In this document: positions 20,546-30,522 of the stretch, piece by piece
How the letters are laid out: each line of letters opens with the position of its first letter
How positions within the stretch are numbered: position 1 is the first letter of the stretch
IMG/VR virus record: IMGVR_UViG_3300036802_000312
DNA from: an uncultured virus (IMG/VR IMGVR_UViG_3300036802_000312)
Lineage: Duplodnaviria > Heunggongvirae > Uroviricota > Caudoviricetes
Length of the DNA stretch: 57,962 bases
Strand: one strand, 5' to 3'
The notes under the pieces: generated by a model
Databases searched by the model: none
The model's input: the letters and a program-made list of their open reading frames with translations, nothing else
Told to the model about the DNA's origin: nothing
Program-made: the position numbers and the translations under genes

Positions 20546-21130
20546 TTATTTAATTTCGACAAATTTATAAGTATTAGGCAAATGCACACTAAGATTATAA
20601 TATCCCGCTTCTAACCCATGACCTAAATTAATAGGAACCCGTTGATATTCAACATAAGCATCACTCTTATCTGTTATCTCCATCGAAGCATCAAACCAGT
20701 TAGTTAAAGTCGTGATTTTATCTTCTTTAAACGAAACTGTTAAAGGGGTCTTTTTCTCTTCTGAAGAATCGGTATACCAAATATTCCCTGCAACCATTGA
20801 GGTTAATTCAGATTCGATTTTGATGAAAACAATCTCTTTTTTTTCTTTAGGCAATGAACTAATATAAGTATTCACAGCTTTTTGCTTCCACTGTTCTACA
20901 TTTTGCTCATATATTTTTTCAGATCTATTACTTCCAATATGTTGTCCTGCTAAGCATAAAATTAAAGCCGTCATGACCAAACATAATCCAAACCACTGCA
21001 AGGCACCTATATACGATTCTTGAAATGCCAGGATTAATCCAATTATGATTATTACAAGGGCTATCGTACCCCACACTTCAATACCATATGAAGGATCTGG
21101 TTCGGCTATTTTCTTTCCAAGTTCAATCAC
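20546..21130 (-). CDS. membrane protein, paralog 3 of a tandem triplet
   Basis: Two TMs; YISSLPKEKKEIVFIKI..LGHG..AGYYN..HLP..Y.F.EIK. Confidence 0.8.
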   Translation of the reverse strand: MIELGKKIAEPDPSYGIEVWGTIALVIIIIGLILAFQESYIGALQWFGLCLVMTALILCLAGQHIGSNRSEKIYEQNVEQWKQKAVNTYISSLPKEKKEIVFIKIESELTSMVAGNIWYTDSSEEKKTPLTVSFKEDKITTLTNWFDASMEITDKSDAYVEYQRVPINLGHGLEAGYYNLSVHLPNTYKFVEIK

Positions 21131-21164
21131 TGTATTAATATCGATTTGAATCCTCCACCTTTTA

Positions 21165-21824
21165 TCATTTTATTTCTGTAAAGCTATAAGATTTTGGCAA
21201 ATGAATCTTTGCATTGTAGATGCCTGCATTGATTCCATACCCTAAGTTATTTATTAACCGTTGATATTCAATATACGGTTTTTCTTCATCCGTCAATTCC
21301 ATTGTTGTTTCAAACCACTGCGTTTCCGTAACAATATGATCACCATCTTTAAAGGAAGCCGTAATCGGAGTTCTCTTTATTTCAGCACTACTCGCATCGC
21401 TACTCCACATTCTAATATTGTTACCAAGCTCAGGATCAATTTTGATGTAAACAACCTCTCTCTTTTCTTGGGGGAGAGAAGAGATATACTGATTCGCAAC
21501 GATTCGCCACTCAACTACCTCTGTCTCATATTTCTCCATTGCTATCTCTTTAGCATGATTATCTATTTGTACGTTTGGTTTTAAAAAGAAAAACAGACAA
21601 ACCGCTAAAACAATTGTCGCCCCACAACATAGATAGAAGCTTCTTGATAGGAAAGCTGATACAATAATTATAAAAATAAGAATTACGATGCTGAAAATCA
21701 GGAGAAGGTCTACAATGCCCAAACGATGTGGTTGAAAAATAGATGAATTTAAATCCGACATTAAATCTGGAATTACAATTTTCTCTCTCATTTCTATTAC
21801 TTGATCAATAGACATGAAGCTCAC
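21165..21824 (-). CDS. membrane protein, paralog 2 of a tandem triplet
   Basis: Same conserved C-terminal domain. Confidence 0.8.
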   Translation of the reverse strand: MSFMSIDQVIEMREKIVIPDLMSDLNSSIFQPHRLGIVDLLLIFSIVILIFIIIVSAFLSRSFYLCCGATIVLAVCLFFFLKPNVQIDNHAKEIAMEKYETEVVEWRIVANQYISSLPQEKREVVYIKIDPELGNNIRMWSSDASSAEIKRTPITASFKDGDHIVTETQWFETTMELTDEEKPYIEYQRLINNLGYGINAGIYNAKIHLPKSYSFTEIK

Positions 21825-21865
21825 TCTTCCCTTACTTTTTTACATTTTATTTTGAAAATTACTGA

Positions 21866-22489
21866 TTACTTGATTTCCCCAAACCGATAAGATCTTGGCA
21901 AATGAATCTTTGCATTATAGATACCTGCATTGATGCCATGTCCCAAGTCTTTCGTTAACGCCTGATATTCAATATACGGTTTCTCTTCATCCGTCAATTC
22001 CATTGTTGTTTCAAACCACTGCGTTTCTGTAACTATTTGATCACCATCTATAAAGGATGCTGTAATGGGTGTTCTCTTAATTTCTGAACTGTCAATGTTA
22101 CTTGACCACAAACTTACATTGTCACCAAGCTCAGGATCAATTTTGATGTAAACAACTTCTTTTTTTTCTTTAGGAAGAGAGGAAACATATAAATTTGCTA
22201 TAACTGACCATTCTTCAACGTCTTCAAGATATTTTTCAAGTGCATCATCATAGTTATGTTTGCCGACAATTCCAGAACCAAAAACGATTAGAGAAATGAG
22301 AATTCCAAGCAAAAACCCCCCCATAGCACCCGTCGCTCCAAACATAAGACATCCTAAAGCCGACATGATGACACAAAAGAGTAAAAATATAAGCATCAAC
22401 CCCAGATTAGTATTTATATTTGACATTAAATCTGGAGCTATAATCTTTTCTCCCATTTTTATAATTTGATCAATAGACATAAAACACAC
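21866..22489 (-). CDS. membrane protein, paralog 1 of a tandem triplet
   Basis: Same conserved C-terminal domain; 3' DNA near-identical to paralog 2. Confidence 0.8.
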   Translation of the reverse strand: MCFMSIDQIIKMGEKIIAPDLMSNINTNLGLMLIFLLFCVIMSALGCLMFGATGAMGGFLLGILISLIVFGSGIVGKHNYDDALEKYLEDVEEWSVIANLYVSSLPKEKKEVVYIKIDPELGDNVSLWSSNIDSSEIKRTPITASFIDGDQIVTETQWFETTMELTDEEKPYIEYQALTKDLGHGINAGIYNAKIHLPRSYRFGEIK

Positions 22490-22689
22490 CTCTTCTTCTG
22501 GATTAACTTTTTTTTAAAAACAATGCCCTCCCATAGATGCTTCGAGCACCCAAGGTATTTGATTTCTTTTTCTTCCAAAACATTTATATTCCATTCTTCA
22601 AACCATTGAGTAATTTCATTTTTCGTAAAGTACCGTCTTGTAATGGACTGACTGTTTCGTTTTGATTCATGATCCGAAGCATCTTTCAT
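22459..22689 (-). pseudogene. possible C-terminal fragment of a TehB-like methyltransferase
   Basis: RRYFTKNEITQWFEEWNINVLEE..H resembles the end of a class I methyltransferase; no SAM motif. Confidence 0.3.
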
Positions 22690-22703
22690 CTTTCTATCAT
22701 TGT

Positions 22704-23432
22704 CTAAACCTTTATTTTGTGTAATTGCTTCAATAAATTCGGAAGTTCCATCAGATTTGAAACAGCACGATAATAGGAATGGTTTATATCAATATTGAAA
22801 TTATCAGCTTCCCACGTTTCTCGAACTGCATGAATACCCCAAATATTATTCACAAGTGCAGGGTAAATATCTGATTTGAGAGAGTTACCAATCATATAAC
22901 ATTCATAAGCTTCATAGTTTGCCAAAACCTCTTTTAAGGTATCAGGTGTTTTGAAGGGGTATACATAAATGGCATCCATAAATTCCAACACACCCGCCTC
23001 ACGAACACGTCTGTGCTGAATACCTTCCTCTCCAGCGGTCAGAACAACCATTCGATATCCTTCTTCACTAAGTTTTCGCAAAACACAAAGAGCTTCAGGT
23101 ATGTTTTGATTTTTTCGTTCGTAAAGATCCTGAATTTCTCTTTCTATTTTTTCGAACACACTTTCCGTTGGAATTACACAATGATCTTGAGAAACTTCTT
23201 TCAGCGTGTTTATCCAGCCTTGCAGATAACGATTACTTACAAAGCCATACTCTGAAATCAAAGAGAGATCAATTTGGCGGTGTAACGTAAGAATCGAATC
23301 CACATGTTGATGATTACCAAAAACGGTTTCAGACACCAACATTGCGCAGGTTTTATTTGTACTCTCATACTCATTAATTGTGAAAATCAAAGTATCATCT
23401 AAATCCCAAATAAGTAGTTTATTTCTGTTCAT
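22704..23432 (-). CDS. HAD-superfamily hydrolase
   Basis: WDLDDTL motif I, LTAG motif II, K motif III, MIGNSLKSDI motif IV. Confidence 0.9.
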   Translation of the reverse strand: MNRNKLLIWDLDDTLIFTINEYESTNKTCAMLVSETVFGNHQHVDSILTLHRQIDLSLISEYGFVSNRYLQGWINTLKEVSQDHCVIPTESVFEKIEREIQDLYERKNQNIPEALCVLRKLSEEGYRMVVLTAGEEGIQHRRVREAGVLEFMDAIYVYPFKTPDTLKEVLANYEAYECYMIGNSLKSDIYPALVNNIWGIHAVRETWEADNFNIDINHSYYRAVSNLMELPNLLKQLHKIKV

Positions 23433-23502
23433 TTAAATAATTCCTCCTACATAATTCACCATTTTAATCTTTAAACATTCCCGAAATGCATTTATGTAGA
23501 CA

Positions 23503-23532
23503 ATACTAACATACACATTGACTATATACAAC
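23503..23532 (-). promoter_or_regulatory. sigmaA promoter with operator copy 4 over the -35
   Basis: TTGTAT-17-TAGTAT with TG extension; ATTGACTATATACAAC at 23517-23532. Confidence 0.65.
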
Positions 23533-23828
23533 GATAATAATTTCTTGCTTTCGCTCACAAAAAAAGACAACGATATATCGCCGCCTTTATTTCAATCGTA
23601 AGTATTTTTTTGTAAAAGATGAATTTGCTTTATCCTCGCTTTCGCTTTTAATCGAGGATAGATAACCGCTGTTAGCCTGTTTCAACTCATCGCATTGAAT
23701 CTCACATAATTTCTGTCTTAACTCTGGTTATTTAATTTACGCTGTTTACAAAGGAATCGATGGATATTAACCTTCCTTATGGGTGTAAAAAGACAACAGC
23801 TTACACCATTGTCTGTAATCGATTTATA

Positions 23829-24245
23829 TTAACTTATACTCAATTCACGTTCTCTTTCCATAGACCCCTTATAACCTGGAAGTAAGGAGAGAAATTCATC
23901 TACTTGCTTATTGATTGTATATTGACCAGCAATAATGTAACCAAAGACATTATTAAAATCAGATACATCATATTGATTACCTGAGTGAATAAGGACTGGA
24001 ATTTCAATCTTTTCTCTTTGCATTTCACTTAAAACCCAAAGTCCGTTATCACTTTCATAACAATCACCTTCATCAAATGTTGGAAGTCCCATGTCTAAAA
24101 TAACACCATCATATTCTGATGACTTTTCAAACAAATTCCGAAGACCTGTATTACACGAAATTTCGCATTCAAATTCATGACCTTTTAAACACCCCATCAC
24201 TTTTTGCGCCTTGTATAAATCATCTTCAATAATTAAGAATTTCAT
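23829..24245 (-). CDS. stand-alone response regulator receiver protein
   Basis: LIIEDD, ILDMGLP (phospho-Asp), IPVLIHSG; no output domain. Confidence 0.85.
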   Translation of the reverse strand: MKFLIIEDDLYKAQKVMGCLKGHEFECEISCNTGLRNLFEKSSEYDGVILDMGLPTFDEGDCYESDNGLWVLSEMQREKIEIPVLIHSGNQYDVSDFNNVFGYIIAGQYTINKQVDEFLSLLPGYKGSMERERELSIS

Positions 24246-24309
24246 TGATAATATTCCCCTTTTCTTTGCTTGAATCCAATTCAAACCTTCTACGTATGAT
24301 TTTCAATAA

Positions 24310-24936
24310 TTAAGAATAATTAGAAATGATTAAGCTTGGATATTTCTTGAGATTATTTAAATGTTTTTCAGTTCGAAATCCTTCTTTAACGATTTCACCA
24401 AGCTCCTTTTTCCATTCTTCTTCTAAACGAGAGACATTTTCCAATATAAAAAAACGTTCAATCATGTCATTATATAGTTTAGTATTGTCTATATATTCAA
24501 ATCTCTTTTCGAAATAGAAAAGAGTTGATCTACCTGAAAATATAAAATAAATACGATTGGCGGTTTCTTTCTTTGATACACAACCTTTCTTTCTTAACGC
24601 TCGTTTAAAAGCTTCTACTCTTTCCATATTTGGAACTGTATGATTATGAGTGAAGGGCTTTGTCGTTACAGAGAGTTTTTCGAATATAGCGGAAACCTCT
24701 GTGATCCCTTCAGTGAAATCTTCCCACTCATGGTCATGAACAATGAAATTAGAAAATTGCTCATGAGTATGAGGAAACGGGACTACAACCAAATAAAACG
24801 CTTCTTGATTATCAATAAATTGACCACAAAGGCGACAAGCATTTCTTTTCCCCTTTTTTTCCCATTCCATTCTGTTTGTCATTGTTAGTTTATTTCCCCA
24901 TATCACCTTGATCACTTTCCTTCCTTTTTTCTTCAT
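24310..24936 (-). CDS. hypothetical protein
   Basis: CRLCG motif; long ORF. Confidence 0.6.
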   Translation of the reverse strand: MKKKGRKVIKVIWGNKLTMTNRMEWEKKGKRNACRLCGQFIDNQEAFYLVVVPFPHTHEQFSNFIVHDHEWEDFTEGITEVSAIFEKLSVTTKPFTHNHTVPNMERVEAFKRALRKKGCVSKKETANRIYFIFSGRSTLFYFEKRFEYIDNTKLYNDMIERFFILENVSRLEEEWKKELGEIVKEGFRTEKHLNNLKKYPSLIISNYS

Positions 24937-25143
24937 GGTTACTAAATTTCGATACTGATGAAGCCAAAGATGAATTCATTTTATCCAACTTCTCCCAATC
25001 CTCACACTCATGATGATAAACATTTCTAATCCATTAACCGACTATTAAAGGAATTAATGATTTCACACCTATTCCCCAACAAATCTAATACCTCTTCATT
25101 CACACTTCCTCCTCAGTTCATCATTGTAATTTCATTATTATTT

Positions 25144-25776
25144 TCAAAATGAAAATTCCTTTTTTACGAATTTGATCACTTGACTAATACATTCCATAAG
25201 ATAGCTATTATCATTCATATATAATTCAGAAAATTCAAATCGGTTAATGATACCTTCTACATAACGATGTCCACCAAGTCCACCATCAAAAGAAAATCCG
25301 ATACGATCCCCAACGTCAAAATTATCATTAAACCAGGAAACGCATGCACTGAGTGGCGGATCCATTTTGAAATGAATATCTTGCTTCGATTCAATTTGAG
25401 ATTTAGGTATCCAGTCGTACTCTCTTGTTAGGTATGCCTTTTCAGATTCCTCTAAGACGAAGGCATCAAAATGCTCAGCGATATTTCTTTTTTGACTAAA
25501 CCACTTTGAAACAATAAATAAGCTATGTGAAATAGGCACTCTTTCTTCATTCTTACTACGATCAATAACTTTCGTTGTAAGATTTTGAATAGCTTCTTCT
25601 TCACTATCCGCCCATCCCATGTGATAAGCATACTCGGCATATTTTTCCTTTGAGTCTGATTTGATACCCCTGAACATCAATTTCATTTCTTCAATTGATA
25701 GATGATCCAGATTTTCTGGAATTTCTAAATAAATGTCCCGCAACGTTTCTCCAACTTCACGTTGAATTGAACTCAT
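25144..25776 (-). CDS. hypothetical protein
   Basis: AGGAGG SD; WIPKSQI phage-type motif. Confidence 0.65.
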   Translation of the reverse strand: MSSIQREVGETLRDIYLEIPENLDHLSIEEMKLMFRGIKSDSKEKYAEYAYHMGWADSEEEAIQNLTTKVIDRSKNEERVPISHSLFIVSKWFSQKRNIAEHFDAFVLEESEKAYLTREYDWIPKSQIESKQDIHFKMDPPLSACVSWFNDNFDVGDRIGFSFDGGLGGHRYVEGIINRFEFSELYMNDNSYLMECISQVIKFVKKEFSF

Positions 25777-25807
25777 GTGGTGTCCTCCTAAATTTTATCG
25801 AATAGAT

Positions 25808-25842
25808 AAACTAATTGATTCCTAAACCCTTTATCTTATTCC
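25808..25842 (-). promoter_or_regulatory. SigE-like promoter plus conserved leader element
   Basis: Minus strand GGAATAAGATAAAGGGTTTAGGAATCAATTAGTTT; TTATAAC lies 14 bp upstream. Confidence 0.55.
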
Positions 25843-25922
25843 TCTGCTGATCATGTTATAAAACAAACTGAAAGAACCTTCTTATAGAAGGCTCTATGAG
25901 AACATCTTAGATATAAAAAATT

Positions 25923-26201
25923 TCAATGCTTATCAATTCTTTCATTTAATGTTTTCAAAATGATTTCTTTACTCATTTGATTTCGTATATTTATTCCAGA
26001 TTGAGAATTTTTTTCAACTAAGTTCATTAGCATTTTTAAACCCTTTATGCTTACTTCATTCAAAAATTCTTCGCTTAAAGTGAAAGCTGTCTGAGTCTCA
26101 TCCATTTCATTAAATCCACATGGATGCTCTGATTCATATGAAATCTCTTTAAACATACGCTGAACGGTTTTAATTGCACGTCTTTTATTCAATATGATCA
26201 C
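25923..26201 (-). CDS. hypothetical protein
   Basis: ORF in operon. Confidence 0.55.
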   Translation of the reverse strand: MIILNKRRAIKTVQRMFKEISYESEHPCGFNEMDETQTAFTLSEEFLNEVSIKGLKMLMNLVEKNSQSGINIRNQMSKEIILKTLNERIDKH

Positions 26202-26535
26202 CTTCTGTTCGAAATTGAGACACCCTCAACGATTCCATGAAATAATATCCCTCTTCTTTCATCTGCGCGATATATTCTCTTAATTCACCATAACGCACCT
26301 GTATAGGAGTAAATTTCTCAAGTTTCAAGTCGCATCTATGATTCATAAATCCATACTCTTGTGGCTCTTTATCTTTGATTTCTGCAAGCATGTTTTGAAG
26401 TTCACCGCTATTAAATGTATCAATGACTTCAAGTGCCATTTATTTTTTCTGCGCTTCGTCAAATATACCGTCTTCCATATTGTTATAATACAGATTACAA
26501 AGCTTAATAAGGCTTTCAATACGCTTCTTATCCAT
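26185..26535 (-). pseudogene. hypothetical gene split by an in-frame TAA
   Basis: SD plus MDKKRIESL..AQKK, TAA at 26440-26442, then in-frame MALEVID with no SD of its own. Confidence 0.5.
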
Positions 26536-26561
26536 TAGACATTACTCCCTCCTGATAAATC

Positions 26562-26708
26562 TCACCAGGCAACTTTCTTAGTCATCTGGCGCTTATAAGA
26601 ACCTTTTCCTTTCATGTTGTGAATAACCCTTGTCTGAGGATTCATCATCCAAACCTGACGACTATTAGTAAGTTCTCCAATCGTTTTTTTACCTTTTTTC
26701 TTTCTCAA
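26562..26708 (-). CDS. ArfA-like small basic protein
   Basis: GGAGGAGG SD plus TTG; 48 aa containing RVIHNMKGKGSYKRQ. Confidence 0.55.
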   Translation of the reverse strand: MRKKKGKKTIGELTNSRQVWMMNPQTRVIHNMKGKGSYKRQMTKKVAW

Positions 26709-26817
26709 CTTTCCCCCTCCTCCTCTTTCATGTGTGTCATAATAATCTGATTTCATATGAAATACTATTTTATACAAGACTCAGGGAGACATTCACACAC
26801 ATACCTATTCACTTCAT

Positions 26818-27237
26818 TCATTTCTTTACAATCGACATGGCTTGATTTACAAAAAGTTCAATATTCCTTTTATAATCATACGTAGGTTCTTCATAGGGAT
26901 TGCTACCTGTATAAATGAAATTTCCGATTCGGTGTTTTAATATAATTAATGAATCACAAATTTCTTCGGGTAACCATTCTCTTGTCTGTCTTAGAAGTTC
27001 CAGTAGTATAAAGAAAAAATCAGATCTCGTGAATTTCTTACGATCAATATTTGTTATTGGGGAATCATTATATACTTTTTCGAATTCTTGAAATATATGT
27101 TCAGGATAGTTTAATTTTTTCAAGGAATCGATTGCAATGTTAAAACTCATTCCCCTATTCAATCTAATAATTAATCCATCAATTAATCTTAAAACGACTT
27201 CAAAACTAATGACGATCCGCTTATCTTTAAACATCAA
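26818..27237 (-). CDS. hypothetical protein
   Basis: AGGAGG SD. Confidence 0.6.
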   Translation of the reverse strand: MMFKDKRIVISFEVVLRLIDGLIIRLNRGMSFNIAIDSLKKLNYPEHIFQEFEKVYNDSPITNIDRKKFTRSDFFFILLELLRQTREWLPEEICDSLIILKHRIGNFIYTGSNPYEEPTYDYKRNIELFVNQAMSIVKK

Positions 27238-27283
27238 ATATGCCTCCTAAAAAAATCTTTTATGATCAAATAGAGTCCATTTC

Positions 27284-27658
27284 TCACATGAGCTTGATAA
27301 CGAAAGGATATTTGCGATACGGTATTGCCTCAATCCTCAAATGTATTTCATCTCCAAACTGATCATCCATTTCTAATTTTTCAATAGGAACCAAAACCTT
27401 CAATAGCGCCATTCCATATCCAACAATTTGTCCGTTAGGGTGTGTTGAAAAGAAAATCCCACCTTCCTTTCCGAACATTTGTTGGTCATTCACAATTTCA
27501 TTTGCACGCTCTACAGTTGTTCGATGATAAAGTTCAGCAATCCCTTCATCCGTCACGATTCCACCAACACTACGAATATCTTCAATTAGATCTAATACAT
27601 TTAACAAATCATCTCCACGTAAACCACGTTTTTTCAATGCCGTTATAATGTTAAGCAT
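27284..27658 (-). CDS. putative minimal ADP-ribosyltransferase-fold protein
   Basis: LYHRT, GIFFST, GYG and terminal DE motif order. Confidence 0.5.
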   Translation of the reverse strand: MLNIITALKKRGLRGDDLLNVLDLIEDIRSVGGIVTDEGIAELYHRTTVERANEIVNDQQMFGKEGGIFFSTHPNGQIVGYGMALLKVLVPIEKLEMDDQFGDEIHLRIEAIPYRKYPFVIKLM

Positions 27659-27715
27659 ATTGAAAAATCCTCCATCCTAATATAAAATCAGTTTCTTTAT
27701 GATCTAACAAAATAT

Positions 27716-28342
27716 TTATGCAACTGACTCCATGACTTTATGGCTAAATATTTCGTAAGCAAAATATACCGCATTCTCCATGCAGGTACCTACACCAAAA
27801 TATCGTTCCTCACGATTTTTAGGGTTTCGAATCTGGCAGACATGTTCTCCTTTGTTTCCAGGTAAATGAAACTCATCTTCTTTTTGCCCCATATAACGAA
27901 CCGAATATACATAACCTGCTTTTATTACTTTATCAATGACGGATAATTTATCCGTGATAGACAAAAAATGAAGTTCATGCTTTTCTCTATACCGTCGATA
28001 AGCTATTTGAGCATTCTCGGCTTCACTTAAATGTACTTTGAGTTTCAAACATTCACGAATAAATACTTCAGAGGTGTCTCTATAGTCTTTTTTCTTTGAA
28101 TAAAGATAAAAATGAACTAATTCATGTTTCAATGTTTCTTTAAGTTCTTCGCCTTCCAAGTCTAAACGGAGTGAAATATGAGGAACTCCTTGCCTTATCG
28201 AAAAACAACCTTGAATAGAGTTAAATGTAAAATTTTCAAATGCAACAATCAATTGATCCATAGGAATGATTTCTCCCCAAAACTCATAACACTTTTTTCT
28301 TACAAAGGTTTTTAATTCAAGCTCTGTTTTCATCAGCCTCAA
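27716..28342 (-). CDS. SprT-like zinc metalloprotease domain protein
   Basis: GxF..I.L, ETLKHELVH. Confidence 0.7.
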   Translation of the reverse strand: MRLMKTELELKTFVRKKCYEFWGEIIPMDQLIVAFENFTFNSIQGCFSIRQGVPHISLRLDLEGEELKETLKHELVHFYLYSKKKDYRDTSEVFIRECLKLKVHLSEAENAQIAYRRYREKHELHFLSITDKLSVIDKVIKAGYVYSVRYMGQKEDEFHLPGNKGEHVCQIRNPKNREERYFGVGTCMENAVYFAYEIFSHKVMESVA

Positions 28343-28538
28343 CCCCGCCTTTTTTATAGATTCACACGAACACCTTTTTTATTTTTCTTTTCGATATTAT
28401 ATGCATTATAGAAAGAGCCATAAGATCGAAATGATATTCATTCATTAATAGAAGTAATATTGAATTCTCTATTGCTCACTCTACCTTTCCCCTTTTTAAA
28501 TACTTAATTTTCATCTAATATACGATCAACCCGAGAAC

Positions 28539-28886
28539 TTACCAATGTTTTTTTCCATTAGGATCGTTTTTGTTATTTACCAACAACTCAATTACAGTTA
28601 CTTTATCTCCGATACCAAATATCTCAAATTTTTCTTGAGGCAACTCTATTTTTTTTCGATCTTTATTGACGGTTTGAAGTGTTGCATAAAAACGATTTGG
28701 ACTACTCTGTGTTGATTTCTTAATCGTGTACAAATTAATAATCTCCGCATCATATGAAATAACTTCCGAATTCACAGAAGACTTATCCATTCGATAATTT
28801 GCTTCCGGTGATCTTGAATAGCCACAGGCAGTTATCAATATAACCAAAAACATTGAAATTAAAAGATATACAATAGATTTTCTCAT
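28539..28886 (-). CDS. putative lipoprotein
   Basis: MRK signal peptide with an ITAC lipobox. Confidence 0.65.
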   Translation of the reverse strand: MRKSIVYLLISMFLVILITACGYSRSPEANYRMDKSSVNSEVISYDAEIINLYTIKKSTQSSPNRFYATLQTVNKDRKKIELPQEKFEIFGIGDKVTVIELLVNNKNDPNGKKHW

Positions 28887-28993
28887 GAAGATAGCACCGA
28901 TCCTTAATATCAAACTTTATTCTTGTCCACAATACAACATTCTTTCAAATATTCACTTCTATTCGGTTGAGTAGATATGATGGATAACGCGAT

Positions 28994-29269
28994 TTAATGA
29001 TGTTCAGTATTTAATTTTTCTACCGCTTCCCAATATGAATAAATCACACTCTCAGCTCGCTCTACTGTTTCACACTTCTCAATTTCAGGAATAATAAAAT
29101 CCCCATTACAAGTGACTGCTATCTCGTATTCTTGAAAACCCTCGATTTCATCAGAGTTAAGAACTCTGTGAATTACACAATGTGCGCCAAAATCCTCTAC
29201 GATATATTCTGACGGTTTAACTTTACATCCATCAAATCTCTCTTTTGCAGGTTTATATATTTTCATCAA
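28994..29269 (-). CDS. hypothetical protein
   Basis: AAGGAG SD. Confidence 0.6.
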   Translation of the reverse strand: MMKIYKPAKERFDGCKVKPSEYIVEDFGAHCVIHRVLNSDEIEGFQEYEIAVTCNGDFIIPEIEKCETVERAESVIYSYWEAVEKLNTEHH

Positions 29270-29705
29270 ACAATTTCACTCCTTTTCGATACCTTTAGTC
29301 AATTGTTTCTCCTTTTGCCATTGATACAGTTTTTCACATTTGTCTTATCGCTTCTCTATATTGAAATCCATCAATAGGTTTCCCATCAAGTTCCGTGAAC
29401 AGCAACAAGTGTTCACTCGACTCCAATAATTGCGGTGAAGCGTCAATTAACATTGTTTCAAGAACGAAAGGTTTTATATTTGTTCTTCGATTTATTTTAT
29501 AGTCATATTAGTTTTTATATCGTTTATAATCAACATTCTGTATTCGTAATGTATCATTTATTACTCAATAAGTCTACGGATTCCGCTGACCATATTTCAT
29601 TATTAATCCTTTCTATTCTTTATGGTTGAGTTTTAAACTGCATAGAATAAAACAATTAAATAAAAAGGTGTTTAAAAATAACATATAAGAAAGGCAGAAC
29701 ATTAT

Positions 29706-30467
29706 ATGAGCATGATGTCAAGTATGGGAAGTCGTGAAGTTCTCGTTTCATCTGATCCTTATATTCTAAAAAAAGAGGAGTTTGAATTGGAAGTTACAAT
29801 GCAAGAAGGATACTCTTTTGAAGAATTTCAGGAAGCCGTTCTAATGATGGATGCACTTCGTTCTCAATATGGCTACGCAAAACCAAAAATCATCTTTAAA
29901 GAACAAGTGAAAATCTATTATCGAAAGAAGTATCATGAAGTAAAAGAATTTGATACATATTTTATGATAGGCGATCAAGGCAAAGAATTGATCTACTCTG
30001 CAAGGGGAAGATCTGGATTTATAGTAAAATGGCATTTTCCATGGAAAGATGTGGATAGGATGATTCTTGTTCACAGTGATCGACCTGATTGTGTGAACCA
30101 AAGAGAATTGGAAAAGGAAAGGTATTTTAATCGTATTCGCAATGCACGATTCGATGAAATTACATGGAGCAATCTAAAAAAAGATAGATATTGGGAGAAA
30201 AAACAATTCTATTACATCAAAAAGGTATTTGATTCATGTACAATGGAGCAGATCAGAAAATCGTTCGAACAAAAGAAAGATTTCCAATATTCAAAGGATG
30301 ATAGCTTCTTCAAGATAAATCAGAAACGTCATTACAAAGTTGAGGGAAAGATGTGCGAGGATGGCATATATCGCGCATGGTTTAGTTCGGAATACATCGG
30401 TTGTGCTAACGGTGATTACTATCTACTATTAAATCCAGAAGTAGCAGTGTTCTGCGAAAAAAATTAA
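29706..30467 (+). CDS. hypothetical protein
   Basis: 253-aa ORF; C-terminal RAWFSSEY.GCANGDYYLL motif. Confidence 0.7.
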   Translation: MSMMSSMGSREVLVSSDPYILKKEEFELEVTMQEGYSFEEFQEAVLMMDALRSQYGYAKPKIIFKEQVKIYYRKKYHEVKEFDTYFMIGDQGKELIYSARGRSGFIVKWHFPWKDVDRMILVHSDRPDCVNQRELEKERYFNRIRNARFDEITWSNLKKDRYWEKKQFYYIKKVFDSCTMEQIRKSFEQKKDFQYSKDDSFFKINQKRHYKVEGKMCEDGIYRAWFSSEYIGCANGDYYLLLNPEVAVFCEKN

Positions 30468-30522
30468 GGTGAATCCAGGTTCTTTTTATATTAACTCTCT
30501 TTTCTGAAACGGAGGAATAACA

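Noticed and set aside
23590..23780. Hairpin TATCCTCG..CGAGGATA (23631-23660) as a structured RNA
   Set aside because: It lies in what looks like a decayed minus-strand reading frame, with no promoter or terminator support.
9414..26442. Alternative genetic code or stop recoding suggested by the in-frame stops
   Set aside because: The two cases use different stop codons, and conserved genes end normally at TAA, TAG and TGA.
20505..29510. Half-matches to the palindromic operator (TTTATAGTCAT near 20509 and 29496)
   Set aside because: Only one arm matches and there is no clear promoter geometry.
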